From the NCBI RefSeq assembly GCF_006345805.1, contig NC_043008.1, positions 45,012,001 to 45,076,000 of the forward strand: a DNA stretch of 64,000 nt, read 5' to 3'. The DNA is from Octopus sinensis. Taxonomy: Eukaryota. Below the pieces are notes generated by a model. That model was not told the DNA's origin. It was given only the letters and a program-made list of their open reading frames with translations, and did no database searches. A program made the position numbers and the translations under genes. Below, one piece after another: positions 43,523-56,559 of the stretch. Numbering within the stretch: position 1 is the stretch's first letter; the number at the start of each line of letters is the position of its first letter.

Positions 43523-43760
43523 CTATATTATTGGGGAAGTTTCATTTATGAGGACGTACTCCTGTATTTGTCTGAGTGTTGGGTCTTTTGGGTGCTTGGA
43601 TAAGATGCGGATGTCAAGTTGATCCAGGTTGCCTCTATGTAGGTCCTTGACATGTTGGTAGAATATGGAGGACTTTTTAGTCATCCAAATTTCTGGCTGA
43701 GTGAATTGTGTCATGGTGCTGTTTTTCTTACAGATGGTGTCCAACTGACCCTACTATACT
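43523..43760 (-). mobile_element. Probable Penelope-like GIY-YIG endonuclease C-terminal fragment
   Basis: SSIFYQHVKDLH..IRILSKH..RQIQEYVLINETSP pattern. Confidence 0.5.
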
Positions 43761-44214
43761 GTGTAGTCGTGAAATTAATATAAAATAGTGACAATTTACC
43801 CATCGCACTGCGTGTGTGTAGACACATACACACAATAAAATTCCATGTAGTTTCCGTCTACCAAATCCACTCACAATACTTTGGTCGGCCCGTGGCTATA
43901 GTAGAAGACTCTTGCCTAAGGTGTCATGCAGTAAGACTGAACTCGGCTCCATATTATCCTGTTTTCTTACGCTAACCATGTTGCCTGAGATGCCCCAACA
44001 CATACGTATTTGCGGGTCATCCTGTGATAGAATCAATGTAATCCGAAAACTAGACGTGGTCCAACAGTGCAAGACACAAACAAATATATTTAAGGATCGT
44101 TTATTAGGGTCTACGGGGGGGGGGGGCAAGTTTGTAAGAAGAAAATATTCTACTACTTGTTTTTTGTCCCTATAAACTTTGTTTCTGCGCACCCATTTAA
44201 ATCATCCAAAAACA

Positions 44215-44430
44215 CATTTCTTTACTACACATAAGGGGCTAAACACAGAGGGGACAAACAAGGACAGACAAAGGGATTAAGTCGATTACATCGACCCTAG
44301 TGCGTTACTGGTACTTAATTTATCGACCCCGAAAGGATGAAAGGCAAAGTTGACCTCACAACGTAACGACAGACGAAATACGGCTACGCATTTCTCCCGG
44401 CGTGCTAACGTTTCTACCAACTCGCCGCCA
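44215..44430 (-). mobile_element. Abundant SINE copy
   Basis: Family consensus. Confidence 0.8.
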
Positions 44431-45034
44431 TATCCAAAAACACATATACTACAAAAAAGATACACCAAATCTTTTTAGTAGCTACGTTTCTTTGACCACA
44501 AAATAACTCAATAATAGAAACTTTAAAACCTAAGTTCGAGTCCGATTAAGGCTACATGGCACAACATGGACATAGTTATCTACAATCTCCTAATAATAAT
44601 GACGATGAAGATAATGACAATGATGACCATGATGTGTGCGTATGTACGTGTGCACGTATGTACATGTGTGCATATGTATGTGTGTCTATCAGGTGCATCG
44701 CTTTATAGAGTATTCGGTTCACGGTCGTGTGTTCGATTCCTGATCGACGGGCTCACCCTAAAAACATTTTGGACCTTGTGCCTAGAGCAGAAAAGTATAT
44801 ATGTATCTTCATTTATATTTTCACATATTCACTCAGCAGAAGACGAGGACCGAAGGCAGGTGTGGTGTCAACCGTCGCCACAGACTGGTGCCCTGCACAG
44901 GAAGGGAAGTTTTGCAATCTCACTCGTTTCAACACAACTAAAATTGCAGCGAAACAAGTTTGTAAGCTCAAGACAGACTACAACCCCACGCATTAAACTA
45001 TTCAAGAAATAAAAGAATTTATGAATATATTTAC

Positions 45035-45206
45035 CTCCTCCATGTTTGAACGCCAAATAGGGGAATCTCCAAACGTTACCAAGTCCCACAGATAATCCTA
45101 TGCAGGACAGCATAAACTCTGCCTTATGGCCCCACTGTCCCCGGTCATCTGATACATTTTGACCATCTCCTGTCTCAGGTTTAGGTGGTACCGCTGAGTT
45201 TTGAGT
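45035..45206 (-). CDS. Internal exon (N-terminus/TM1) of an SLC6 Na+/Cl--dependent amino-acid-type transporter
   Basis: Polypyrimidine tract + CAG acceptor at 45207-45209 and GTAAAT donor at 45034; 172 nt, phase 0 to 1; encodes ..DDRGQWGHKAEFMLSCIGLSVGLGNVWRFPYLAFKHGG, the SLC6 signature. Confidence 0.96.
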
Positions 45207-46510
45207 CTGAAAAAGAAAAAAAGAAATTCAGAAATGAGGCACAAATGCTGTATGAAGAATTTTAACTTTGCTTTTTGCGTTGACTCTTATTGTTCTATAT
45301 GCGGTCGAGCCGGCCCTTTGGCGTTGTTGCCGGTCTATTTGTATTTCAATTATTGTTGTTGTGGTTGCCTGAAAAATTCTGAATTGGCAGAATGGCTTCA
45401 GCACAAATTGACTTCAGGTTTGAAATTTTGGGGAAGAACTTGGCAACTAGGACGGTGCCATGAGTTTGGTTATAACAGTGTACATTTCATTGGGAATAGT
45501 GTTTCATGTTGAAAACGTTCTCTTGCAGCGTGTTCTAGCGAAGAATCAGGTTATGGTTATCAGGGATGTGGAAGGAAAAGTTACTCTTGGCATCATTTGA
45601 ACTGGGTAAAACATTTCAGAAATAAAATCTGTAGTATGAATTAACAGAGTAGTTTTCAGAGCTTTGGACGAAATGTCCAACGGCATTTAGCTACGGATCT
45701 CTAAGTTCTGTGTTCAAATCAGACAAAAGTCAATTTTGACTTTCTTACTTCGAGGTCAACAGAATAAAAAAAAAAAATTCCAGTCATTTTTGTCCAACTA
45801 ATCGATTATTCTCCTCACCTCTATATTTTACACCTTGTACCTATATAAGAAATAAACATAAAGGAAGTGAGGAGGTGGATCGATAAAATCTTCAGAGCTT
45901 CAGATAAAATGTCTTACGGTTTATAAATCCAGTTCCTTCGACTTTCAATTTTATCTAATCAGGCCAGCTAAAATAAAGTATCAATCATATACACAGATCG
46001 ATATAATCGAATATACCTTCCCATAAAAGTTTGGCCATGCACCGTTGTAAGAAATTATAAAAGAAATTCGAACCGAAAAAAGATGATTAGCACTTAAATT
46101 GTGGTTTAAATATGTGAAGTGAGATAAAGGTTAGTGTGCCGGATTAAATGCTTGCCGGTATTATTGTTGCTTTGATTTTTCAGTTCGTATCTCGTCAGAA
46201 TTAATTTTGACTTTTACCATCAAGATCGATTACAAAACTTTTTCTTGCGGTACCAACATTAAAGAATATTTTAAAGAATTGGGTAAAAGAATTTAGATTC
46301 TTTACTTGTTTCAGCTCTTGGACTGCAGCCATGCTAGAGCACTGCTTTGAAACGATTTAGGTAAACAAATGGATTCCATTACTTCTTAAAGCTGGTACTT
46401 ATTTTATCGGTTTCTTTTGACGAACCACTAATGTATAGGGACGGAAACAAATCATCATTTGCCAGGTTGTATGTGTATGGGGACAAACACAAACACACAC
46501 TCACTGTCAT

Positions 46511-46541
<31 letters not shown>

Positions 46542-46778
46542 TAATAGGACACCACACAGTTTCCATCTACACTCATTCTCACTCGCAAGGCATCGGTTAG
46601 CCCGGCACTATAACAGAAGACGCTTGCCTAAGGTGCCTCGTAGCGGGAATGAACCCGAAACCAGTCTCAAAGGGAGCTTCTTAACCTCGCCAACCATTAC
46701 ATATATTTTCATATCGATTAGCTTCACAGAAGTGGAAATCGGTAGAACCAATAAAAGTCGAGTAGATATAACCAGAAG

Positions 46779-48081
46779 GGATATTTTCCTTTTGAACGGC
46801 ACAGGTCAACACAATTTCTAGTTAACTAAACACTTTAAAACTTCGTATACTGGTAGAATGTGTCAAAATAAAACATTTTTTCTCTTGGCTTTCTTTGATA
46901 AAATTGTAATTCGTTTGTTTAACGTAGTTTAATTTTTCGAATTTTAACCAATCAATTGCCTCTAATTGAGCTAAAATCAGTTGCTGCGTCTTAAACTGAG
47001 ACAACATCCTGTCACTGACCCTAAATTTTAGCCTTTCGTTCTTTTTTCTTAATTGTTAAATTAATTTAAGGATAACAATTAAGAAAGAAACGAAAGGCTA
47101 AAACGAAAGCAATGGAAAATAATTTAAACAATTAACAAACAAAATAATTCTATAATTTTATACACAAAATGTAAAATGCCGGAACAAATACCATAAGGTA
47201 TTTTGGCATTAAGGTGGCGAGCTGGCAGAAACGTTAACACGCCGGGCGAAACGCTTAGCGATATTTGGCCTGCCGTTGCGTTCGAGTTCCGCTGGGGTCG
47301 ACTTTGCCTTTCATCCTTTCGGAGTCAATAAATTGGGTGCCAGTTGTGCACTGGGGTCGGTGTAATCGACTTGATCCGTTTGTCTGTCCTTGTTTGTCCT
47401 CTCTGTGTTTGGCCCTTTGTGGGTAGTGAAGAAAAAGGTATTTTGGTATTTTACACAATACTCTAATAATTCTGCTAATACACTGCTTGTGTAACAAATA
47501 ACAATATGGTTTTCTAAGATAGGCAACAGACCGTAGGGAGATAGATGTGTTCACTTATAGAAACTAATTCACAGCTGTGTGTGTGTGTGTGTGTATAAAC
47601 AACCATGTGTGTATGTAGGCAAACATCGTACGATACACACAAAAAGGGGATATTTCAAATGCAGTACCACCATTGAAACAGCAGAATAGTTGTGTATTAT
47701 TGCCCTTGCGGGCTGGAAGAAGTCATCAACATGCTTTCCGTACGTATACATAACGAAAGGCTAAAACGAATAATTTTAGACACACGCGTAACAATTAAAT
47801 TAATTTAACAATTAAGAAAAAAAAATTAGGGTTGGGGTGAGGGTTAGTGACAGGATGTTGTCTCAGTTTTAGACGCTGCAAATGATTTTAGCTCACTAGA
47901 GGCGATTCATTGGTTAAAATTCGAAAAATTAAACTACGTTAAACAAACAAATTACAATTTTCTCAAGAAATCCAAGAGAAAAAATGTTTTATTTTGACAC
48001 ATTCTACCAGTATACGAAGTTTAAAAGTGTTTAGTTAACTAGAAATTGTGTTGAAAAGTGCCGTTCAAAAGGAAATGATCC
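46779..48081. mobile_element. Non-autonomous fold-back element with long TIRs
   Basis: 46779-47020 is the imperfect reverse complement of 47840-48081 (GGAT..TTCCTTTTGAACGGCAC). Confidence 0.85.
47211..47434 (+). mobile_element. Abundant SINE copy with target-site duplication
   Basis: AAGGTATTTTGG(C/T)ATT at 47195-47210 and 47435-47450. Confidence 0.88.
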
Positions 48082-49349
48082 AAAGTTAGAAATATTCATT
48101 GGGTACTCAGCCCTGGAGTATGTCTAATTTATAGTGTGTGTGTGTGTGTGTGTGTGCGTGCGGAATAGATAATGAAACGAACCTTTCGTATATGTTCTAA
48201 ATCGAATTTCCTCATGGTACTCTCTTTGCAAGGTCGATCGATTGGAATATTGATTAGTAACCTTTAAACTGTGGAAAAGGATTGAATGAAAGCGCGTGCT
48301 AAACGGGCAAAAAAGATAAAAATCTTCCTTTTTCCTAAGGGTAATTTATATATTGATTTTCTCTTTAAATAAGTCCTAAAAATATAATTGTTTGTCTTTC
48401 GCACCGTAAAATCTCATTATGGAAAAATGCTGTAAAAATATTTACTTCCCTTTCTTGGTGGTTGTATCCATGTGAAAGGTTTGAAGCATCGAATGTTAGG
48501 TTCTCCGTTTAAAGGTTAAGTGTTCTTACAGTCGTCAATAATATCGAAGAAATCACAAACATTTTAATCTCCTCGGTGAATCAGTTTTGTGTCGAACAAG
48601 AAGCCGGGTAGAAGAGTACATATTATAGCGATATTGGTCTGCTTATTTCTCCGTAAGGAACTAGAATCGTGTCAGCAAGTCGAAAACTTTCAGTCGTTTT
48701 GCGTGAAGAAACATCAAATAACAAGCTGGAACATCAAATAACACAAAGCACCAGACACCTCAGGGTGGGCTTTGAAGTTCATGAACGTTAACACTTATGT
48801 AAATAAATGTGTGGAAGTTAAAATTTCATTTCTCACACAACGCGTTTCAACAAAAGCGACCAGAGGATTTATTACGCAGTTAGAACCAGTTTAAATACAC
48901 ACACAAAGGGGCGCATGTATGCATCCATTTGCATATCCCACACACATAATCTCGTTCTCTCTCGCTACCTCTCTCATATATATGTACACATACAAGATAT
49001 TTCTTTATTGACCACTGAGGGCCCAACATAGAAGGGACAGTAGGAGGACAGACAACACAAAGTAGGGACATAAAACAGCGAATGAATGAAAATAAATTAT
49101 AAATAAATGAAGGTGCAATGGCTACTCGAACCCCACTTTCCAGTGGTGCGATTTAACTGTTTTTTTATCAAAATTTTTCAGTTTTTTTTTGTATGATCTC
49201 AAAATTTACATTATTTTACCAGTTTATATACGGTCTCAAATCGTCAAAGTCCACGACTGGAGGTAGGGCATCATTCGTCGCCTCCACTGTTTGATCCGAA
49301 CAATTCCCTTAATTTAGCGTACCTTTTCTTGTCTATTAGTATAATTTAG

Positions 49350-50790
49350 TGTCTTCTGTATATTCCACAGCCAGTAATTTCACTCTAATCACCGATTTGA
49401 ATTTGGTGATTTTTCGTTCAATTGCCGTGCTTTTTGTGTACGTCATAATATACACTTTGTTTTTATGGGGACTTTTGAGGGACTGTGTGTTATGCCCATC
49501 TGTGTCTGTTTGTCTACGAGGTGAACTCGGACTAGCTAGGGCGGTTTCTTTTCTTTTTTTTTTTAGTGTTACTGGTGGTGATGTATGCTGTGTGAATGTA
49601 TGTTGTGTGTTTGTTGTACAATGTCTTCTGTTTTACTATTCTTCCTCTTCTTTGTGCTTTTCGGGGGTGTATCTACCGTTTCCCTTTTCTTTCTTTTGGG
49701 TACTTCGGTAAATCCCTCCTCCTCTGTGTCTTCCACACCATTCTACTGGGCTGGGTACTCCTACTTTGTTCATGCTGAATTGCGTTATGGTGCTTTTTTT
49801 TTACAGACCAATATCGTTATATGTACCCCTACTTTGTTCATGCTGGTTTTCTGTGATTTTACTGTTTATCTGGGGGCACTTTATTTTAATGTGCCCCTTT
49901 TTCCTACAGTGGTAGTAGGTGGGCGATCTTCCCTCTATCACCCATCTCTGCTTTATAACTTTAGGTAGCAACGCCTCTTCTGCTATTTCTTTCAGGTTTT
50001 GCTGGGTGGCCTGGATAACCATTTCCAGTCTTGTAACCTCATCAATTCATCTTCTTTCTTCTTTCCACTTGTATTATCTTTGCGTCTTCTTGGGTTCCGT
50101 ACATCACGGCTGCAACCAGCCACACTTCTTCAATATCAGGTGGGACCCTGCCTATCCTAATTCTTGCGACTCTTTTGCCGCAGTGGGTTGGCAGGAGCAC
50201 CCATTCTTGTGACCTAAGCAGCACAACGGAGTGATTTATTGCCTCTTCTTCGGTGGTAAACCTCACTACCACTGTGCCATATCTTCTTCCTCTAGAGTAG
50301 AATGTTACAACACTTTTCACTTCTTCCAGACATTTCTCAATGGCTTCCTCTGATGCCATCTCAACCTTCTTACTGGTTATAGACAGCGTTCTGTAAACCA
50401 CTGTCCTTCTAGTTTTGTTGATTACTTCCTCTGGAGGGAGTCAACTTTAAACTAGACCCCTCCTTCTGGATCAGTTCCTTGTACTCTTCCAACTTCTCAG
50501 GTTCATGATCGTCGTGGTGATGCGGCTTCCAGCAGCAGAAGCATAGCTCCCAGCAAGGGCTCGTTCCAGTTCACAATTCATTTTTTTTTCGAATCCCTTC
50601 GCCCCAAACTGGGGGAAAGAAAACAAACAAAACATAGGCCCACGGCAAAATGACAACAGTATTCAACAAAATTCCAGAACTTCAACAATAGGCAAACTCG
50701 CCAGGGAGAACTTTCAACAAAAGATAACATAGTTTATCTGCAACGGGATCACAAAATGATCCCACGGTGGGATTTGAAATCAAAATCTTG
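49350..50790 (-). mobile_element. 5' region / gag-like ORF1 with zinc knuckle of a non-LTR retrotransposon (L1/Tx1-like), degenerate
   Basis: RRYGTVVVRF..RIRIGRVPPDI.. then IEGRSPTYYHCRKKGHIKIKCP (decayed CX2CX4HX4C). Confidence 0.65.
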
Positions 50791-50909
50791 AGCCTGTCAT
50801 CAATCTAACCTTCATGTGTATGTGTGAGTGTGTGTGTGTGTACACACACACGCACACACGCAAACACACACACACATATGTATACATACACATATGTATA
50901 CACACACAC

Positions 50910-51456
50910 TTTTCTACTCTAGGCACAAGGCCCAAAATTTTTGGGGAAGGGCGCCAGTCGATTAGATTGACCCAGTACGCAACTGGTACTTAATTTATCG
51001 ACCCCGAAAGGATGAAAGGCAAAGTCAACCTCGGCGTAATTTGAACTCATAACGTAAAGACAGACAAGATGCCTATTTCTTTACTACCCACAAGGGGCTA
51101 AACACAGAGAGGAGAAACAAGGACAGACAAACGGATTAAGTCGATTATATCTACCCCAGTGCGTAACTGGTACTTATTTAATCGACCCCGAAAGAATGAA
51201 AGGCAAAGTCGACCGCGGCGGAATTTGAACTCAGAACATAGCGACAGACAAGATACCTATTTCTTTACTAACAACAAGGAGCTAAACACAGAGGGGACAA
51301 ACAAGGACATACAAACGGATTAAGTCGATTATATCGACCCCAGTGCGTAACTGGTACTTAATTTATCAACCCCGAAAGGTTGAAAGGCAAAGTCGACCTC
51401 GGCGTAATTTGAACTCAGAACGTAGGGCAGACGAAATACCGCTAAGCATTTCGCCC
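50910..51456 (-). repeat. Head-to-tail trimer of the abundant SINE body (~185 bp period)
   Basis: CCCCGAAAG.ATGAAAGGCAAAGTC-like segment at ~51002, ~51186 and ~51370. Confidence 0.9.
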
Positions 51457-51953
51457 ATATATATGCATTAAGTACATATTAAATTTTATAAAACTTGACC
51501 AATATTTTTCGAACAATGAACAATTTTCATCAAAAAAACGATATAATCTGTCGACCTGCAACTTACTGCAAAGCTGCATGATAAACAACATTTTTTGTCC
51601 TCCCATTCAGGCGTCAGTACAATTTTTTTCCCTTCCAACCTCTTTCTTTCTTTCTCTCTTACTTTCTGTTGATTGTTTTCAACCATCTCCACCACAACTG
51701 AAATACACTCACCATTCAGACTTCTCACGCCACCACCATCAATGCCTTTGACTTCTCCGCCTTCCACCACCTTCACCATCGTCTTTCTCATCGCTTACTC
51801 TCACCATTGTCCCTGACTGCTTCAGCTACCGCCATCATCACCGTCACCTCCACCTCTATCACAACGACAGCTCATACTATTACTATCACCTCATTGCCAT
51901 CACAACCGTCAATCTACTACCGTCCCTATTCCTATTATTGCTCTCACCCCAAC

Positions 51954-52273
51954 ATGAGTAATAGTACGAGTGTCAATGAATAGTGAGAGAGGGTGTCGAA
52001 GTGTGACACACTGACACACAGAAACTAGTTTTCACATTTATTATAATATATATATATATATAAATATATATCCTATCGACGACGTTCATTAATAATATTT
52101 TAGAGGCGGCGAGGTGGCAGAAACGTTAGCACGCCGGACGAAATGTGTAGCCGTATTTCGTCTGCCGTTACATTCTGAGTTCAAATTCCGACATACTCCC
52201 TTTGTAATCGACTTACTCCCTTTGTCTGTTCTTGTTTGTCCTCTCTATGTCTAGCCTATTGTGGGTAATAAAG

Positions 52274-52337
<64 letters not shown>

Positions 52338-52407
52338 TATATGTGTATATATATATATGTGTATATATATATATATGTATATATATGTGTATATATATAT
52401 ATGTATA

Positions 52408-52454
<47 letters not shown>

Positions 52455-52554
52455 GTATATATATATATATGTGTATATATATATATATGTATATTATATA
52501 TATATATAGTATATATATATAATATATGTATATATATATGTATATATATATATG

Positions 52555-52600
<46 letters not shown>

Positions 52601-52814
52601 CATACATATATATATATGTACATACATATATATATATATATATATATTATATATTATATATATATATATATACATATAATATATATATATATACATATAT
52701 TATATATATATATAGATATATATATATATACAATATATATATATACATATATATATACATACATATATATATATATATAACACATATATATATACATATT
52801 ATATATATATACAC

Positions 52815-52847
<33 letters not shown>

Positions 52848-52863
52848 ACACATATATATATAT

Positions 52864-52956
<93 letters not shown>

Positions 52957-53268
52957 CTTTATTACCCACAATAGGCTAGACATAGAGAGGACAAACAAGA
53001 ACAGACAAAGGGAGTAAGTCGATTACAAAGGGAGTATGTCGGAATTTGAACTCAGAATGTAACGGCAGACGAAATACGGCTACACATTTCGTCCGGCGTG
53101 CTAACGTTTCTGCCACCTCGCCGCCTCTAAAATATTATTAATGAACGTCGTCGATAGGATATATATTATATATATATATATTATAATAAATGTGAAAACT
53201 AGTTTCTGTGTGTCAGTGTGTCACACTTCGACACCCTCTCTCACTATTCATTGACACTCGTACTATTA

Positions 53269-53272
<4 letters not shown>
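51954..53272. repeat. ~1.3 kb fold-back palindrome
   Basis: Unique arms 51954-52278 and 52952-53272 are near-perfect reverse complements around a (TA)n core. Confidence 0.95.
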
Positions 53273-53341
<69 letters not shown>

Positions 53342-53342
53342 G

Positions 53343-53374
<32 letters not shown>

Positions 53375-53378
53375 ATAG

Positions 53379-53410
<32 letters not shown>

Positions 53411-53965
53411 ATATCTATATATGTATATATATATATATATATATATGTATATTATATATATATATATAATAATATATATATATATAACCGTGATCACCGT
53501 GACCGACCAGGCTATCAGATGTTGTTACACATCGCTGGTCACAATGCGCTTCGCCTTGTTTTAGCCTTCAAATGACGCCAGCCCGCTGGCTAAGCGAGCA
53601 GGCCATATATATATACATATATATATATATATACACATACATAAATGGCAATTTCTGTCTGTTTGTCGCTGTGTGTGTGTGTGTGTGTGTGTGTTTGTGA
53701 ATTTGTTACTTTAACTCCTCCGAGACTATCCAACCGATCTTGATGAAATTTGACACGTGTATGGGGTTTATGCCCATGCGATCCCTTACGCACTTGGAAT
53801 TTCAAAAAGAAATCGATAATTCTTAATCAGCATCGATTTTTTCAAAAATCAATAGGACATTTCAACGCAAATTCTCATATGAATAATATTTTCTGCCATA
53901 ACTTTTAAAGTTTTCAACTGATTTTCTTGAAATTTTTTACACAGATGGAATATGCGTTAAAGATA

Positions 53966-55228
53966 CGAGGGGCGTTCAATAAGTAATGCCTCTGACCCAC
54001 TTGCAGTTGTTTGATCTAGCTGAAAGTTTACAGGTGCAATTATTTATATCTCTATAGATTAAGTGGCAAATTACAGCTCTGAACTAATTGTGGTTTCTGA
54101 TAGACAGGTGTTTGAACTGAGTCAAGTGTGAAATGGAGCCTGTTGAGTGTCGAGCAGTGATCCAGTTTTTGTATTTGAAAGGACGCACACCACGGGAGAC
54201 TTTTGATGAAATGAAAGTAACTTATGGTGATGATGCCCCATCATATGACCTTGTAAAACGCTGGCATCGTGAATTCAAACATGGTTGGAACTCTGTGGAA
54301 ACAGCTCCCAGATCTGGTCGCCTCCCTTCTGCCATTGATGAGGCATCTGTCCGTCAAGTTGAGGCTGCCATTTTGGAAGATCGACGCATAACTATTCGCC
54401 AAATAGCTCATGAGGTCAAGTTTAGTACCGGGTCTGTGGAAACTATCATTCATGACCATTTGCATATGCAAAAGGTGTCTGCCAGATGGATTCCCAGGTT
54501 GCTCACACCTTTCCAGAAGCAAGGACGCGTTGAGTGCTCGAGGATGAATTTGGAGATGTGCCAAGAAGATGAGTCAAAATTTTTCAAAAGACTGATTACA
54601 CAGGATGAAACCTGGGTCCATCACTATGATCCAGAGACCAAAGCCCAGTCAATGCAGTGGAAGCTCCGTGACTCACCTTCTCCAAAGAAGGCAAGGGTGC
54701 AGCCCTCCGCTGGCAAGGTCATGCTCACAGTCTTCTGGGACCACGACGGAGTAGTGATGACAGATTTCCTGGCGAAGGGTACCACAATTACAGGAGCCTA
54801 TTATGCTTCACTTTTGAGGAAATTAAGAGAAGCTATCAAAATCAAGAGGCGGGGCAAGATCAGCTCCGGTCTACAACTCGCGTGTCGCCAGATCAGAAGC
54901 ACAGGCGTGCGGCTATGAACTCCTCCCCCATCCCCCTACTCTCCTGACCTTGCACCCTCTGATTTTCACCTCTTCCTAGCCATGAAGTTGTTTTTGAAAG
55001 GAAAGCGTTTCCCAGATGATGCAGCCTTGATTTCTGAAGTCACGTCGTGGTTGGAGGACCAAGCTGGGGTTTTCTACAAAAACGGTCTCCAGAGTTGCAT
55101 CAAACGATGGGAGAAATGTGTAACTCTGGGTGGTTCCTATGTAGAAAAAGACTAATAACTGTGCCAAGTTTCGTTGCTCTACTGCTATGGGAAGTGGGTC
55201 AGGGGCATTACTTATTGAACGCCCCTCG
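53966..55228 (+). mobile_element. Full-length mariner transposon
   Basis: ~36 bp TIR CGAGGGGCGTTCAATAAGTAATGCC(T/C)CTGACCCACTT at both ends, TA on both flanks, 1263 bp. Confidence 0.97.
54133..55155 (+). pseudogene. Mariner transposase, frameshifted by a deletion near 54862
   Basis: WIPRLL, QDETWVHHYDP; shifted frame resumes APVYNSR..HPPYSPDLAPSDFHLF..GSYVEKD*; the DN segment with the second catalytic Asp is missing. Confidence 0.93.
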
Positions 55229-55235
55229 TAGGTTG

Positions 55236-55430
55236 AGGACAAACAAAGACAGACAAATGGATTAAGTCGTTTACATCGACCCCAGTGCGTAACTGGTACC
55301 TATTTAATCGACCCCGAAAGGATGAAAGGTAAAGTCGACCTCGGCAGAATTTGAACTCAGAACGTAGCGGCAGACGAAATACCGCTAAGCATCTCGCCCA
55401 GCGTGCTAACGATTCTGCCAGCTCACCGTC
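55236..55430 (-). mobile_element. Abundant SINE copy
   Basis: Family consensus. Confidence 0.85.
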
Positions 55431-56559
55431 TTTGGGGGAGAAAAATATTGAAAAAAAAAAATTACAATTGGTTTTTTATTTTACCGAAAAGGCTTCTCCC
55501 ATGGTTTTTAAGTGCAAAAAAGCAAACAAAAAAAGGTCCAAATAGATCCGGAGAGGGGTGGAGATGGGTGTAATGAAAGAAAAAATCAAATTTTCAAAAT
55601 ATTTTTCTTAAAAAGATGCCTCCCATCATTTCGAAGGCCGTGGTGAAAAAAGAAATTAGTTAAAATCCCCGTCAAAACAGAAAATCCAACTTATGTGGGT
55701 GTCCTGATCCGAAACGCTGCCGGTGTAAGGCATGAGTGACGTTATGGGTGTGAGAGGGGAAGAAAAGTTACTAGGAGTGTTTATGGGTGGTGATTGGGTA
55801 TAGGGGTGAGATCGAAGCTTTTAAATATAAGTTCTGTTGAGTAATCGCCGGGTGCGGTGATGAGATGACTCAAGTTGTTTGGTTTACGGTGGGTGCGCCG
55901 GGTGCGGAAAAGGAAGCTTGAGGCGGTGAAGGAAGAGGAGAGGCAGATGGTTTGGTGGGTGGTGAAGGTCACGAGGTTTTGGAAGTAGGGGTAGGGTAGG
56001 AGGGTAGGGTTCAGTGACGGAAGTGATATATGATGTGAGGTGGAAGTGTAGAAGAAAGCCGCGAGGAGTGAAGGTAAGTTGCGGGTTGGAGTATCAGGTT
56101 ATTTTAAGGAGGAGTTGAGAGAGTTGTAAGAAGTTAGGTGTAGTTAAGGAGAAGAGCATGGAGGGGAATTGCTTAACGTAGGTGTGATGGTCACGGAGGA
56201 AGGATCTGAGTGAAAGTAAAGTGAGCTGGGTGGTAGTTATTTGGTACGCAGAAAATAAAGAACTGAATATCTATTGTAATCCGATGGTAGTCCAGGAGAT
56301 TTCCAAGAAGCAAGGTAGAAAGAATCCAGTGGTAGAGATCCGAGAATGAAGTTGAATCCGATGGTGTGAGAGAATAGAAAGAATCAACTGGATGATTGCA
56401 AGAACCTGTAGATTTAGAGGCAAAAATAACGATGAAAATAATTTCCAAAAATTCTAGATCAACCAGACCATTTAACACAGTTTAACGACTCCATGCAGGC
56501 TCGATGTCTTATTCCAGGCATAAATTGTCCCCGTGAACAGAGCTTAAAAACACCTTTCA

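Noticed and set aside
42956-43622. Cys/Val-rich metallothionein-like ORFs
   Set aside because: (GT)n translation.
44868-45034. Extension of the SLC6 ORF after KHGGG
   Set aside because: Intron read-through past the GTAAAT donor; SLC6 similarity stops there.
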